In this document: positions 8,531 through 15,971 of the stretch, in pieces | Layout: every line of letters begins with the position of its first letter | Position numbering within the stretch: position 1 is the first letter of the stretch | Assembly (NCBI RefSeq): GCF_000012925.1 | Contig: NC_007517.1 | Span: 1,470,001 to 1,502,000, forward strand | From: Geobacter metallireducens GS-15 | GTDB taxonomy: Bacteria; Desulfobacterota; Desulfuromonadia; Geobacterales; Geobacteraceae | Length of the DNA stretch: 32,000 bases | Reading direction: 5' to 3' | Notes under the pieces: model-generated | Databases searched by the model: none | What the model saw: the letters and a program-made list of their open reading frames with translations, nothing else | Told to the model about the DNA's origin: nothing | Program-made: the position numbers and the translations under genes

Positions 8531-8806
8531 ATGGCACTTGACGAAATTGACCTGAAAAAGATAGAGGAGCTGTTTAAGCATCAGATCGGCATACTGAATG
8601 AGAGTTTTCAGCACAAACTCGACATCGTCGTTGAGGGACATCAGATGCTGAACGAAAAGGCCGACCGCCTGGAAGGGCGGATGGACCGATTGGAAGGACG
8701 GATGGACCGATTGGAGGTCAAGCTCGATGCTGTTGCTACCGACCTTGCCGCCCACCGCGCCGACACCGAGGCGCATCATGGGGTGTATCGGGTGAAGGAA
8801 GGGTAA
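8531..8806 (+). CDS. Small coiled-coil protein (cc family), unknown function
   Basis: 91 aa. GGAG 7 nt before the ATG. LEGRMDR heptad repeats and a C-terminal AHRADTEAHHGVYRVKEG. Paralogous pieces lie at 7275, 8217, 9196 and 9941. I cannot assign a family name. Confidence 0.6.
   Translation: MALDEIDLKKIEELFKHQIGILNESFQHKLDIVVEGHQMLNEKADRLEGRMDRLEGRMDRLEVKLDAVATDLAAHRADTEAHHGVYRVKEG
8669..8710 (+). repeat. 21-bp tandem repeat inside the cc gene
   Basis: CTGGAAGGGCGGATGGACCGA (8669-8689) and TTGGAAGGACGGATGGACCGA (8690-8710) match 19/21, followed by a degenerate third unit. Each unit encodes one LEGRMDR heptad. Confidence 0.75.
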
Positions 8807-8865
8807 TAGGGAAAGAGTGGAAGTGCCTCTCATTCTCCTAATTGATCAAAGGTTGCGGAGATGTT

Positions 8866-9162
8866 ATGAGACCGACAAAAGAAGAACTTTTAGCTTTTTT
8901 GCAGAGCAAGAAAACAGATTTTCGCCAGGAATTTACCATACAGAAACTAGGTGTCTTTGGCTCATTTGCCCGCGGTACGGCCACTGATGAAAGTGATATT
9001 GATCTTGTCGTAGAACTTGAGAAACCAGACTTATACAATCTGATCGGCATCAAACAAGCGGTTGAAGAGGAGTTCGGAGGAAAGGTCGATGTGGTACGAC
9101 TGCGTCCTCATATGAACAGCATGCTCAAAAAGCGGATTGAACAGGATGCTATTTATGTTTGA
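8866..9162 (+). CDS. MNT-type nucleotidyltransferase (module 3, no intact toxin partner)
   Basis: GSFARGTATDESDIDLVVEL motif. ATG 8866 follows GGAGATG. The usual overlapping HepT start follows, but only as a stub. Confidence 0.75.
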   Translation: MRPTKEELLAFLQSKKTDFRQEFTIQKLGVFGSFARGTATDESDIDLVVELEKPDLYNLIGIKQAVEEEFGGKVDVVRLRPHMNSMLKKRIEQDAIYV

Positions 9163-9289
9163 CCGCGAGCTGCTGGTAGCTGACATCACCAACATCATCT
9201 GGGATCGACGCCGTTGCGGCCTACCTTTCCGCCCACAGGGCCGACACACCGAGGCGCATCATGGAGTGTATCGGGTGAAGGAAGGGTAG
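9155..9289 (+). pseudogene. Chimera of a HepT 5' stub and a cc-family 3' end
   Basis: The ATG overlaps the MNT3 stop (ATGTTTGA), as in HepT genes, and gives MFDRELLVADITNIIWD. From about 9196 the DNA is homologous to the cc 3' block, with a 1-nt insertion in GACACACCGAGG. The 44-codon ORF ends in TEAHHGVYRVKEG. Confidence 0.6.
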
Positions 9290-9366
9290 GGGGGGGCTCC
9301 GCAGCTGCCAGTTCTCTGAAATGGATCCAGAACCGTTACGAAGGGGCACCGGAAAGGTCAAGTATC

Positions 9367-9597
9367 ATGGAACGCATGATTCAGATTCATATCGAGAAAT
9401 TGCCTGAAGGGGTGTATCTAGCGACGTCAGATGACATTCAGGGACTCGTTGTCCAAGGTCGTACCGTCAGTGAAACATTGGAAATTGCTCGTGACGTGGC
9501 ACGACGCTTGATTGAAGCGCAGACGGAACGAAAAAAAACCATAAAGCTGAAACCCATCAGAAAGAGTTTTGATCTGGATTTGGTAGTCGGAAACTGA
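9367..9597 (+). CDS. hicB: HicB-family antitoxin (short form)
   Basis: MERMIQIHIEKLPEGVYLATSDDIQGLVVQGRTVSETLEIARDVARRLIE matches the HicB/UPF0150 fold pattern (...PG...G.T.eEa...a.eai). It ends 1 nt before hicA. The long N-terminal extension in the ORF track (from 9214) runs through the cc remnant. Confidence 0.75.
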   Translation: MERMIQIHIEKLPEGVYLATSDDIQGLVVQGRTVSETLEIARDVARRLIEAQTERKKTIKLKPIRKSFDLDLVVGN

Positions 9598-9598
9598 T

Positions 9599-9829
9599 AT
9601 GGGGCGCCTGTCGGGATTTCGTTATCGTGAGATTATCAAACGTCTCAAGGCCTTCGGATTCGTTTTCGATCGACAGGCGGCAGGGAGTCACGAGATTTGG
9701 TACAACCCTGATAAAGACAAGTATACGACGATTCCGAACCACGCCGGCGACATGCCTGAAGGGACTCTTAGGGCGATACTGAAACAGGCTGAAATAGATC
9801 CTGAAGATTTTCTGAAAACCGGCAAGTAA
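9599..9829 (+). CDS. hicA: HicA-family mRNA interferase toxin
   Basis: 76 aa. KRLKAFGFVFDRQAAGSHEIW...TIPNHAGDMPEGTLRAILKQAEI is the YcfA/HicA signature (GSH...P.H...l..GTl..IlkQagl). Confidence 0.85.
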   Translation: MGRLSGFRYREIIKRLKAFGFVFDRQAAGSHEIWYNPDKDKYTTIPNHAGDMPEGTLRAILKQAEIDPEDFLKTGK

Positions 9830-9882
9830 GATGATGCTGTTATTTTCCGAGTGAAGGGCGAAGTGGGAGCTTTTTTTGCCGG

Positions 9883-9932
9883 GAAATATGGGGAGTGTCC
9901 CTCATTTCCCCTCCTCATTTCCCCTCATTTCC
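9883..9932. repeat. Repeat A: 26-bp imperfect palindrome followed by CTCATTTCC units
   Basis: GAAATATGGGGAGTGTCCCTCAT (9883-9905) is identical over 23 nt to 10162-10184. GAAAT...ATTTC and GGG...CCC arms pair. CTCATTTCC recurs at 9901, 9914 and 9924. Confidence 0.75.
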
Positions 9933-9940
9933 CCCAGACT

Positions 9941-10075
9941 GATGATCGTTTTGATCTTGTTGACCTGAAGATCGAGACTCTGAACAAGAAGATCAGCGCC
10001 GTTGCAGCTGATCTTTCCGCCCACCGGTGCGACGCCGAGGCGCATCATGGGGTGTGTTGGGTGAAGGAAGGATAA
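9941..10075 (+). pseudogene. cc-family 3' fragment
   Basis: DDRFDLVDLKIETLNKKISAVAADLSAHRCDAEAHHGVCWVKEG aligns with the last third of the 8531 protein. There is no N-terminal part. The upstream portion of ORF 9851-10075 is a translation of repeat A. Confidence 0.6.
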
Positions 10076-10161
10076 CAGGTGTGGATTGAGGGTACGTTTT
10101 TCCGCGTGCTGCCCGTTTCTATATGACGTAGCACGTAGCAAAAGCGGACATGTGGCAATGA

Positions 10162-10199
10162 GAAATATGGGGAGTGTCCCTCATCTCCTCATCTCCCTC
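10162..10199. repeat. Repeat B (same family as repeat A)
   Basis: 23-nt exact match to repeat A, then CTCATCTCC variants of the 9-mer. Confidence 0.75.
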
Positions 10200-10208
10200 T
10201 TTATTGTC

Positions 10209-10273
10209 GGAAAAAATGGAGAGAGTCCCTCGTTTCCCCCCCTCATTTCCTCCCATTTCCTCCTCATTTCCCT
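10209..10273. repeat. Repeat C (diverged copy of repeats A/B)
   Basis: GGAAAAAATGGAGAGAGTCCCTCGTTTCC followed by CTCATTTCC / CCCATTTCC / CTCATTTCC units. It ends 13 nt before the first AT-rich glycan gene. Confidence 0.65.
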
Positions 10274-10285
10274 CATGACAGCATA

Positions 10286-11251
10286 ATGAGAACTGACAAT
10301 AATACTTTGTGGGAGTGTCTTTTGAAAATCCATCCACTTTCCGACGTGCAGGCAAAGCAGATCGGCCAGGGCACCAGTATCTGGCAGTATGTAGTGGTGT
10401 TGCCGGGTGCTGTGATTGGTTCAGATTGTAATATCTGTTCACATTGTTTCATTGAAAATGCCGTAGTTATCGGTGATCGGGTCACGATCAAGTGTGGTGT
10501 GCAGATCTGGGATGGGTTGCGTGTTGAGGATGACGTGTTCATTGGCCCCAATGTCACGTTTACCAACGATCTGTTTCCAAGGAGCAAGCAACACCCTAAA
10601 GAGTTTGCCAAAACAGTCATTCAAAAGGGCGCTTCTATAGGTGCCAATGCCACTATCCTTGCCGGTAGCACAATTGGCAGGAATGCCATGGTTGGCGCGG
10701 GTGCTGTGGTTACGAAAAGCGTCCCGCCAAATGCCATCGTGGTGGGGAACCCAGCACGAATAACCGGTTATGTTTCGACGATTCCTGCTCAGCAAAAGCA
10801 TTCCGAGATTGAAGTAGGTGAGAATATAGGAACTGTTGGTCAGTCGGCAATTCCGGGCGTGCAGTTTGTCCGTTTGCCTATCATCCCTGACCTGCGGGGC
10901 AGTCTCTCCTTTGCAGAATTCGGTCAATATCTCCCTTTTATCCCTAAACGCTATTTTCTTGTCTTTGACGTGCAGAGTCGTGAAGTGCGCGGCGAGCATG
11001 CACACAAGGAACTGCACCAGTTCCTGGTTTGTGTCAAGGGGGCCTGTTCGGTCATGGTTGATGACGGTAACTGTCGCGAAGAATATATCCTCAATACGCC
11101 AGGCGCGGCTTTGCATATCCCTCCTCTGGTCTGGGGCGTACAGTACAAATATTCTCCAGATGCAGTTCTGATGGTGCTTGCTTCGGATGTCTACAAACCT
11201 GAAGATTACATTAGGGATTATGACCAGTTTATTGCCTTGGTGAAGAAATGA
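10286..11251 (+). CDS. WxcM-like bifunctional protein: N-terminal hexapeptide-repeat N-acetyltransferase (FdtC-like) fused to C-terminal dTDP-4-keto-6-deoxyhexose 3,4-ketoisomerase (FdtA-like)
   Basis: The N-terminal half has left-handed beta-helix repeats ([42 protein letters not shown]). The C-terminal half (RGSLSFAEF...[29 protein letters not shown]...YIRDYDQF) is a cupin of the FdtA/WxcM C-terminal type. Confidence 0.8.
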   Translation: MRTDNNTLWECLLKIHPLSDVQAKQIGQGTSIWQYVVVLPGAVIGSDCNICSHCFIENAVVIGDRVTIKCGVQIWDGLRVEDDVFIGPNVTFTNDLFPRSKQHPKEFAKTVIQKGASIGANATILAGSTIGRNAMVGAGAVVTKSVPPNAIVVGNPARITGYVSTIPAQQKHSEIEVGENIGTVGQSAIPGVQFVRLPIIPDLRGSLSFAEFGQYLPFIPKRYFLVFDVQSREVRGEHAHKELHQFLVCVKGACSVMVDDGNCREEYILNTPGAALHIPPLVWGVQYKYSPDAVLMVLASDVYKPEDYIRDYDQFIALVKK

Positions 11252-12354
11252 TTATTCCCTTCCTCGATCTAAAATCCCCCTATCTTGAACTGCAAGCAGA
11301 GCTGGACGATGCCTATCGGCGTGTCATGGAATCGGGGTGGTACATACTAGGCAAAGAGGTTGAAGCGTTCGAGGCAGAGTTTGCAGAGTACTGTCAGGTT
11401 AAGCACTGTATCGGTGTGGGGAATGGCCTTGAAGCCCTACATCTTATTCTGCGGGCCATGGATATCGGACCAGGCGATGAAGTCATTGTTCCATCCAACA
11501 CCTATATTGCAACATGGCTTGCCGTCTCATATACGGGCGCCACTCCGGTACCAGTTGAACCAGATGTAATTACATATAATCTCAACCCGGTCTTGATTGA
11601 AGTAGCAATAACTAAAAACACCAAGGCGATACTTCCGGTCCACCTTTACGGCCAAACCGCCGATATGGATCCGATAAATGCGATTGCTGCTCGGTACGGC
11701 CTTAAGGTTGTAGAAGATGTTGCACAATCACATGGCGCACGCTACAAGGGTCGACGCGCCGGTTCATTGGGTGACGCAGCCGGGTTCAGTTTCTACCCCG
11801 GGAAAAACATGGGCGCCTTTGGTGATGGCGGCGCGATCACCACAAATGATGATCAATTAGCAAAAAAAATACGGGTGTTGCGCAACTATGGTTCACAAAT
11901 AAAATATCATAATGAGATCAAAGGTTATAATTCACGACTTGATGAACTGCAGGCAGCATTTTTGAGAGTGAAGTTGACAAAACTGGACGAATGGAATGAA
12001 AGGCGTAAGCAGATTGCTGCTAGTTATCTGGATGGTTTGAAATCGAATGAGCATCTTGTTTTGCCACATGTTCCTGAATGGGCGGATCCTGTCTGGCACC
12101 TCTTTGTATTAAGGTGCAAAAATAGGGATGTTTTGCAAAGACAGTTAAACGAAGCAGGAATCGGCACGATGATTCACTATCCGATCCCTCCGCATCTTCA
12201 GCCAGCGTATTCAGAGCTTGGTTTCTCTGAAGGAACATTTCCAATTTCGGAAAACATTCATGTTGAGGTGCTTAGCCTTCCAATGGGACCGTCGATGTCA
12301 AAAGCACAAGCGGAATTTGTTATAAAAACAATGAATCGGATTTTAATACCTTGA
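11248..12354 (+). CDS. DegT/DnrJ/EryC1/StrS-family PLP-dependent sugar aminotransferase (FdtB/WecE-like)
   Basis: [33 protein letters not shown] and [21 protein letters not shown] (PLP lysine context). The start overlaps the previous stop (ATGA). Confidence 0.88.
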   Translation: MIIPFLDLKSPYLELQAELDDAYRRVMESGWYILGKEVEAFEAEFAEYCQVKHCIGVGNGLEALHLILRAMDIGPGDEVIVPSNTYIATWLAVSYTGATPVPVEPDVITYNLNPVLIEVAITKNTKAILPVHLYGQTADMDPINAIAARYGLKVVEDVAQSHGARYKGRRAGSLGDAAGFSFYPGKNMGAFGDGGAITTNDDQLAKKIRVLRNYGSQIKYHNEIKGYNSRLDELQAAFLRVKLTKLDEWNERRKQIAASYLDGLKSNEHLVLPHVPEWADPVWHLFVLRCKNRDVLQRQLNEAGIGTMIHYPIPPHLQPAYSELGFSEGTFPISENIHVEVLSLPMGPSMSKAQAEFVIKTMNRILIP

Positions 12355-13619
12355 ATCTCATCAAAACAAGTCTGCTCAATGGTATTGCTGTTGTAATTAG
12401 ATTGTTTACTTCTATTGGCCTGAACAAGGTTCTTGCATTATATGTGGGGCCTGCAGGTTATGCAGTTATCGGTCAATTCCAGAATGCTATGGGCATGTTA
12501 ACCTCCTTCGCCAGTGCTGGAATAACTACCGGTGTAACCAAGTATACTGCCGAATATTTTGATGATGAGGAGCAGCAGCACACAGTATGGCGCACTGCAG
12601 GAACTATAGTTTTCTGCGGTTCATTGTTTGCCTCACTCGGCATTGCACTTTTTCACCGTTCACTAGCCCGAATGTTTCTTAAGGATGAAGCCTACGCAGG
12701 TGTATTCCTCTGGCTGGCTGCTACGCTGATTCTTATGGTTTTTAATGGGCTTCTTTTAGCTATTTTGAACGGTAAGAAAGATATTCGCCGTTATGTAACG
12801 GTAAATATTACTGGAAGCTTGGTATCGTTGATAGTAACTGGCATCTTGGCCAAAGTTTGGGGATTGTATGGCGCGCTGGTTGCCTTAGCCATCAATCAGT
12901 CAATTGTTTTTATAGTCACGTTTGCAATGTGCCAACGAGCGGCTTGGTTTCGTGTTGCCCATATCATCGGTCCTATAGACCTGATAGCAGCACGTAACTT
13001 GGGCAAATTCATGCTCATGGCGCTTACCACTGCTGCTGTTGGCCCAACGAGCCAAATCATCGTTCGGGATCATCTGGCAACAAAATTCGGTTGGACAAGT
13101 GCAGGCCACTGGCAGGCAGTAACAAAAATTAGCGATATTTATTTGATGCTTATAACAACAACTCTTAGTGTTTATTATCTCCCGAAGCTGTCTGAGATCA
13201 GAGATATTACAGAGATAAAGAAAGAAATCCTGCGAGGATATAAACTTATTCTTCCTCTTACTGTAAGTGGGGCTAGTATTATTTATTTATTACGAGACTG
13301 GATAGTTGAAATATTGTTTACAAAAGACTTTTATCCAATGACTGAGTTGTTTGCATGGCAACTTTCCGGGGATGTTGTTAAAATTTGCAGTTGGTTGCTG
13401 GCTTATGTAATGTTAGGCCGGGCTTTGGTGAGAACCTTTATTTTTACTGAGATTCTATTCGGCACTACATTTATTGGGTTTACTTTTGTTTTTACGAAAT
13501 ATGTTGGGCTAAAAGGTGCAACTGTAGGGTATTTTATCAATTATGTTGTGTACTGGATTACCATGATATATTTAATACCAAAGTTCATAAATGGACGAAG
13601 GCACATATCAGCAATTTGA
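12351..13619 (+). CDS. wzx: Wzx-type lipid-linked oligosaccharide flippase, WzxE-like
   Basis: 422 aa and polytopic. [13 protein letters not shown]...[21 protein letters not shown]...[10 protein letters not shown] and [12 protein letters not shown] are collinear with enterobacterial WzxE as I recall it. The TTG start overlaps the upstream stop. Confidence 0.8.
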   Translation: MNLIKTSLLNGIAVVIRLFTSIGLNKVLALYVGPAGYAVIGQFQNAMGMLTSFASAGITTGVTKYTAEYFDDEEQQHTVWRTAGTIVFCGSLFASLGIALFHRSLARMFLKDEAYAGVFLWLAATLILMVFNGLLLAILNGKKDIRRYVTVNITGSLVSLIVTGILAKVWGLYGALVALAINQSIVFIVTFAMCQRAAWFRVAHIIGPIDLIAARNLGKFMLMALTTAAVGPTSQIIVRDHLATKFGWTSAGHWQAVTKISDIYLMLITTTLSVYYLPKLSEIRDITEIKKEILRGYKLILPLTVSGASIIYLLRDWIVEILFTKDFYPMTELFAWQLSGDVVKICSWLLAYVMLGRALVRTFIFTEILFGTTFIGFTFVFTKYVGLKGATVGYFINYVVYWITMIYLIPKFINGRRHISAI

Positions 13620-13640
13620 CGGTATATTGGTCGTAAACAC

Positions 13641-14876
13641 ATGAGAGATACGGTAATAATATTTTGTAAATGTATGAATATGGGAGGGACAGAAACCCTG
13701 ACCATTCGTCTATTAAATTGGTATAGACAAAATAATTACAGATCAATACTTCTTACATTAGACGAAATAACAAGCATGACATTGCTAGAAGATATAAAAA
13801 AAATTAATATAGAACATTATGTTTATAATCACAATAAAAGAGAATTTTATTCGTGCAAATCTAACAAATTGACATTTAATTCAAAAGACAATTGTTTGAT
13901 AATAACTCATTTTATGCCAGAGTTTTTTGAATGTTTTTCTATGTTAACAGAATCAAAATATAGTTGTAAATTTAGACACACTATCTACATTGTACATCCG
14001 TATTCCACTTATATGGTTAGTAAGAAAATTGCTTTTATTGGGAAAGGATTGATAGACTATTTGTTGAAAAAAAATGTTATAGTTTTTATGGATGAAACTT
14101 GCATTGAAAAATGTGTGAATTATTACGGACTGATACCTGAAGAGTATGATCTAACAGTACTCAGGCTTCCCATATCAGTGAACTGTGAAAATATAATTGC
14201 AAATAGAAATAAAATATTTAATATATTAACTGTTTCACGATTCGAATTCCCTTTTAAGGGTTATGTTATCGGGTTGATAAAATCATTTGAAAAACTCTAT
14301 ACCGTTAACAATAACATATCATTAACAATCATTGGTTATGGGGAGGGAAAGGATTCTGTGCTTAGGGCAATCCGTGACATGCAGCCAGTGGTTGCAGAAA
14401 AAATTAGTGTTATAGACCAAGTCCCTTATAGTAAGTTGAATGAATATATTTTGAAATCTGACGTTTTTGTGGGTATGGGTACAACCATTCTTGATGCTGC
14501 TCAGATGAGTAAAATTTGCATAGTTGCTATTGCATACCAAATGTCTGATCATGCAGCTGGCTTTCTCCATGATAATTATAAAAACATTGGAGAGATATAC
14601 GATAAAAGTAATAATTACCCCTCTATTTATAACTTATTGAATAAAGCACTAGATTTCAATAATGATGAATTTAAATATTATTCTGATTACACGTATAGAA
14701 TAATAAAGGAATGCTATAATATTGATGTCATAGCGCCAAAACTATGGCAAAACACTTCATATTTATTTACAATAAATGCATATTTACTTGTCAAATTATT
14801 AGCAGCGTTAAATGTCCTAATTACGCTTATAGCTAAGAAGTTTATTAAACGTGAATATAATGCGAATGGTAATTAA
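13641..14876 (+). CDS. Putative GT-B fold glycosyltransferase (GT4-like), weak assignment
   Basis: 411 aa and very AT-rich. It has an N-terminal MGGTETLTIRLL and a C-terminal-domain pattern ILTVSRFEFPFKGY...LTIIGYGEGK...DVFVGMGTTILDAAQMSKICIV resembling GT4 enzymes. It lacks a clean ExxxxxxxE motif. A hydrophobic C-terminal tail is present. Confidence 0.45.
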   Translation: MRDTVIIFCKCMNMGGTETLTIRLLNWYRQNNYRSILLTLDEITSMTLLEDIKKINIEHYVYNHNKREFYSCKSNKLTFNSKDNCLIITHFMPEFFECFSMLTESKYSCKFRHTIYIVHPYSTYMVSKKIAFIGKGLIDYLLKKNVIVFMDETCIEKCVNYYGLIPEEYDLTVLRLPISVNCENIIANRNKIFNILTVSRFEFPFKGYVIGLIKSFEKLYTVNNNISLTIIGYGEGKDSVLRAIRDMQPVVAEKISVIDQVPYSKLNEYILKSDVFVGMGTTILDAAQMSKICIVAIAYQMSDHAAGFLHDNYKNIGEIYDKSNNYPSIYNLLNKALDFNNDEFKYYSDYTYRIIKECYNIDVIAPKLWQNTSYLFTINAYLLVKLLAALNVLITLIAKKFIKREYNANGN

Positions 14877-15078
14877 TGTCGGTTTATGATATTGGCATTT
14901 ATAACTGCTCATTTCTGAATTAAGTAGTTTTAAATTACATATTTTGAACGATTTGCATACCTTTTTTTCATCAACATCGTAACAACATAACTTAACTATA
15001 TTAGCACTTTATATTGAATTTATTGTTTTATCATATATATAATACTCATCTCTAAGGATTCTGTGCAGAGTTTACTAA

Positions 15079-15963
15079 ATGGACATTCACGTATTATCCT
15101 ACGGATTGGGCAATCAGCTTTCTCAATACGCTTTTTTCATTAACAGGCGACAACTAATGCAGCGTGCTTATGCTTTTTACGCGTTTAAGCAACACAACGG
15201 ATACGAGCTTGATCGTATATTCGGTCTTAAAGAAGGACTGCCTTGGTATTTGCAATTTGTACGAGTTGTATTCCGTCTTGGAATATCCCGCCGATTCTAC
15301 TCTAAGCGAACGGCCGATTTTGTACTTTCACTCTTCCGTATAAAAGTCATAGATGAAGCGTACAATTATGAATTCGATCCTTCACTACTAAAGCCTTGGT
15401 TTGGAATACGTATACTTTATGGTGGATGGCACGACTCCCGTTATTTTCACCCTTCTGAAGCTGCTGTGCGTACTGCTTTCTCATTCCCGCCACTCGATGA
15501 TGTAAACGATGCTATCCTTCAGCAAATTGATGCCGTTTACGGTGTTTCTATTCACGTGCGTCGCGGGGACTATTTGAAGGGGATAAACTCGAATCTTTTT
15601 GGAGGTATTGCTACTCTTGAATATTACAGGAATGCAATAGGTTGGGCCATTACTTATTGTAAGCATAGAAGTTTAGAGATTAAATTTTATGTCTTCTCTG
15701 ACGATATTGACTGGTGTAAGCAAAATCTTGGATTAAGGGATGCCGTTTATGTTAGCGGTAACAGCAAGACTGATTCGTGGAAAGATATCTTACTTATGTC
15801 TCACTGTCGTGCCAATATTATTGCAAATAGTACTTTCAGTTGGTGGGCAGCATGGTTAAATCAGCAGCCAAATAAAGTAGTAATTTGTCCAACAAAATTT
15901 ATTAACACAGATTCTCCAAATCAAACAATTTATCCAGCTGCTTGGCATCAAATAGAAGGTTGA
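15079..15963 (+). CDS. GT11-family alpha-1,2-fucosyltransferase
   Basis: GLGNQLSQYAF, IHVRRGDY and ANSTFSWWAAWLN are the three conserved motifs of bacterial alpha-1,2-fucosyltransferases (FutC/WbgL type). Confidence 0.88.
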   Translation: MDIHVLSYGLGNQLSQYAFFINRRQLMQRAYAFYAFKQHNGYELDRIFGLKEGLPWYLQFVRVVFRLGISRRFYSKRTADFVLSLFRIKVIDEAYNYEFDPSLLKPWFGIRILYGGWHDSRYFHPSEAAVRTAFSFPPLDDVNDAILQQIDAVYGVSIHVRRGDYLKGINSNLFGGIATLEYYRNAIGWAITYCKHRSLEIKFYVFSDDIDWCKQNLGLRDAVYVSGNSKTDSWKDILLMSHCRANIIANSTFSWWAAWLNQQPNKVVICPTKFINTDSPNQTIYPAAWHQIEG

Positions 15964-15971
15964 ATCCAGCT

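Noticed and set aside
9214-9366. Long N-terminal extension of the HicB ORF (127-aa version).
   Set aside because: The extension reads through the cc 3' remnant in a different frame and is G/S/A-rich. HicB homology starts at MERMIQ (9367), which has its own purine-rich RBS region.
8420-10080. The idea that the repeated cc 3' blocks are integron attC sites and the TA modules integron cassettes.
   Set aside because: I could not find the paired R''/L''-L'/R' inverted structure or a GTTRRRY core at the block ends. The blocks read as coding sequence of a paralogous gene family, and no intI gene is in the window. Only a CALIN-type scan (for example a covariance-model search) could settle it.
9883-10277. 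Possible CRISPR array, suggested by the short direct repeats.
   Set aside because: The repeating unit is only 9 nt with irregular 10-13-nt spacing and no unique spacers of uniform length. No cas genes are present.
10076-10285. JUMPstart/ops (GGCGGTAG) antitermination element upstream of the variable glycan genes; also checked at 2841-3045 upstream of gmd.
   Set aside because: There is no GGCGGTAG on either strand by eye. GACGTAGCACGTAGC at about 10125 only loosely resembles it.
10086-10286. 66-aa ORF (and the N-terminal part of ORF 9851-10075) as genuine proteins.
   Set aside because: Both are largely translations of the palindrome/CTCATTTCC repeats. No RBS is present, and their composition is dictated by the repeat.
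14877-15078. sigma70-like hexamers (TTGAAT 15014-15019, 18-nt spacer, TATAAT 15038-15043) in the 200-nt gap before the fucosyltransferase gene.
   Set aside because: The surrounding DNA is so AT-rich that such matches are expected by chance. I did not annotate it without transcript data.
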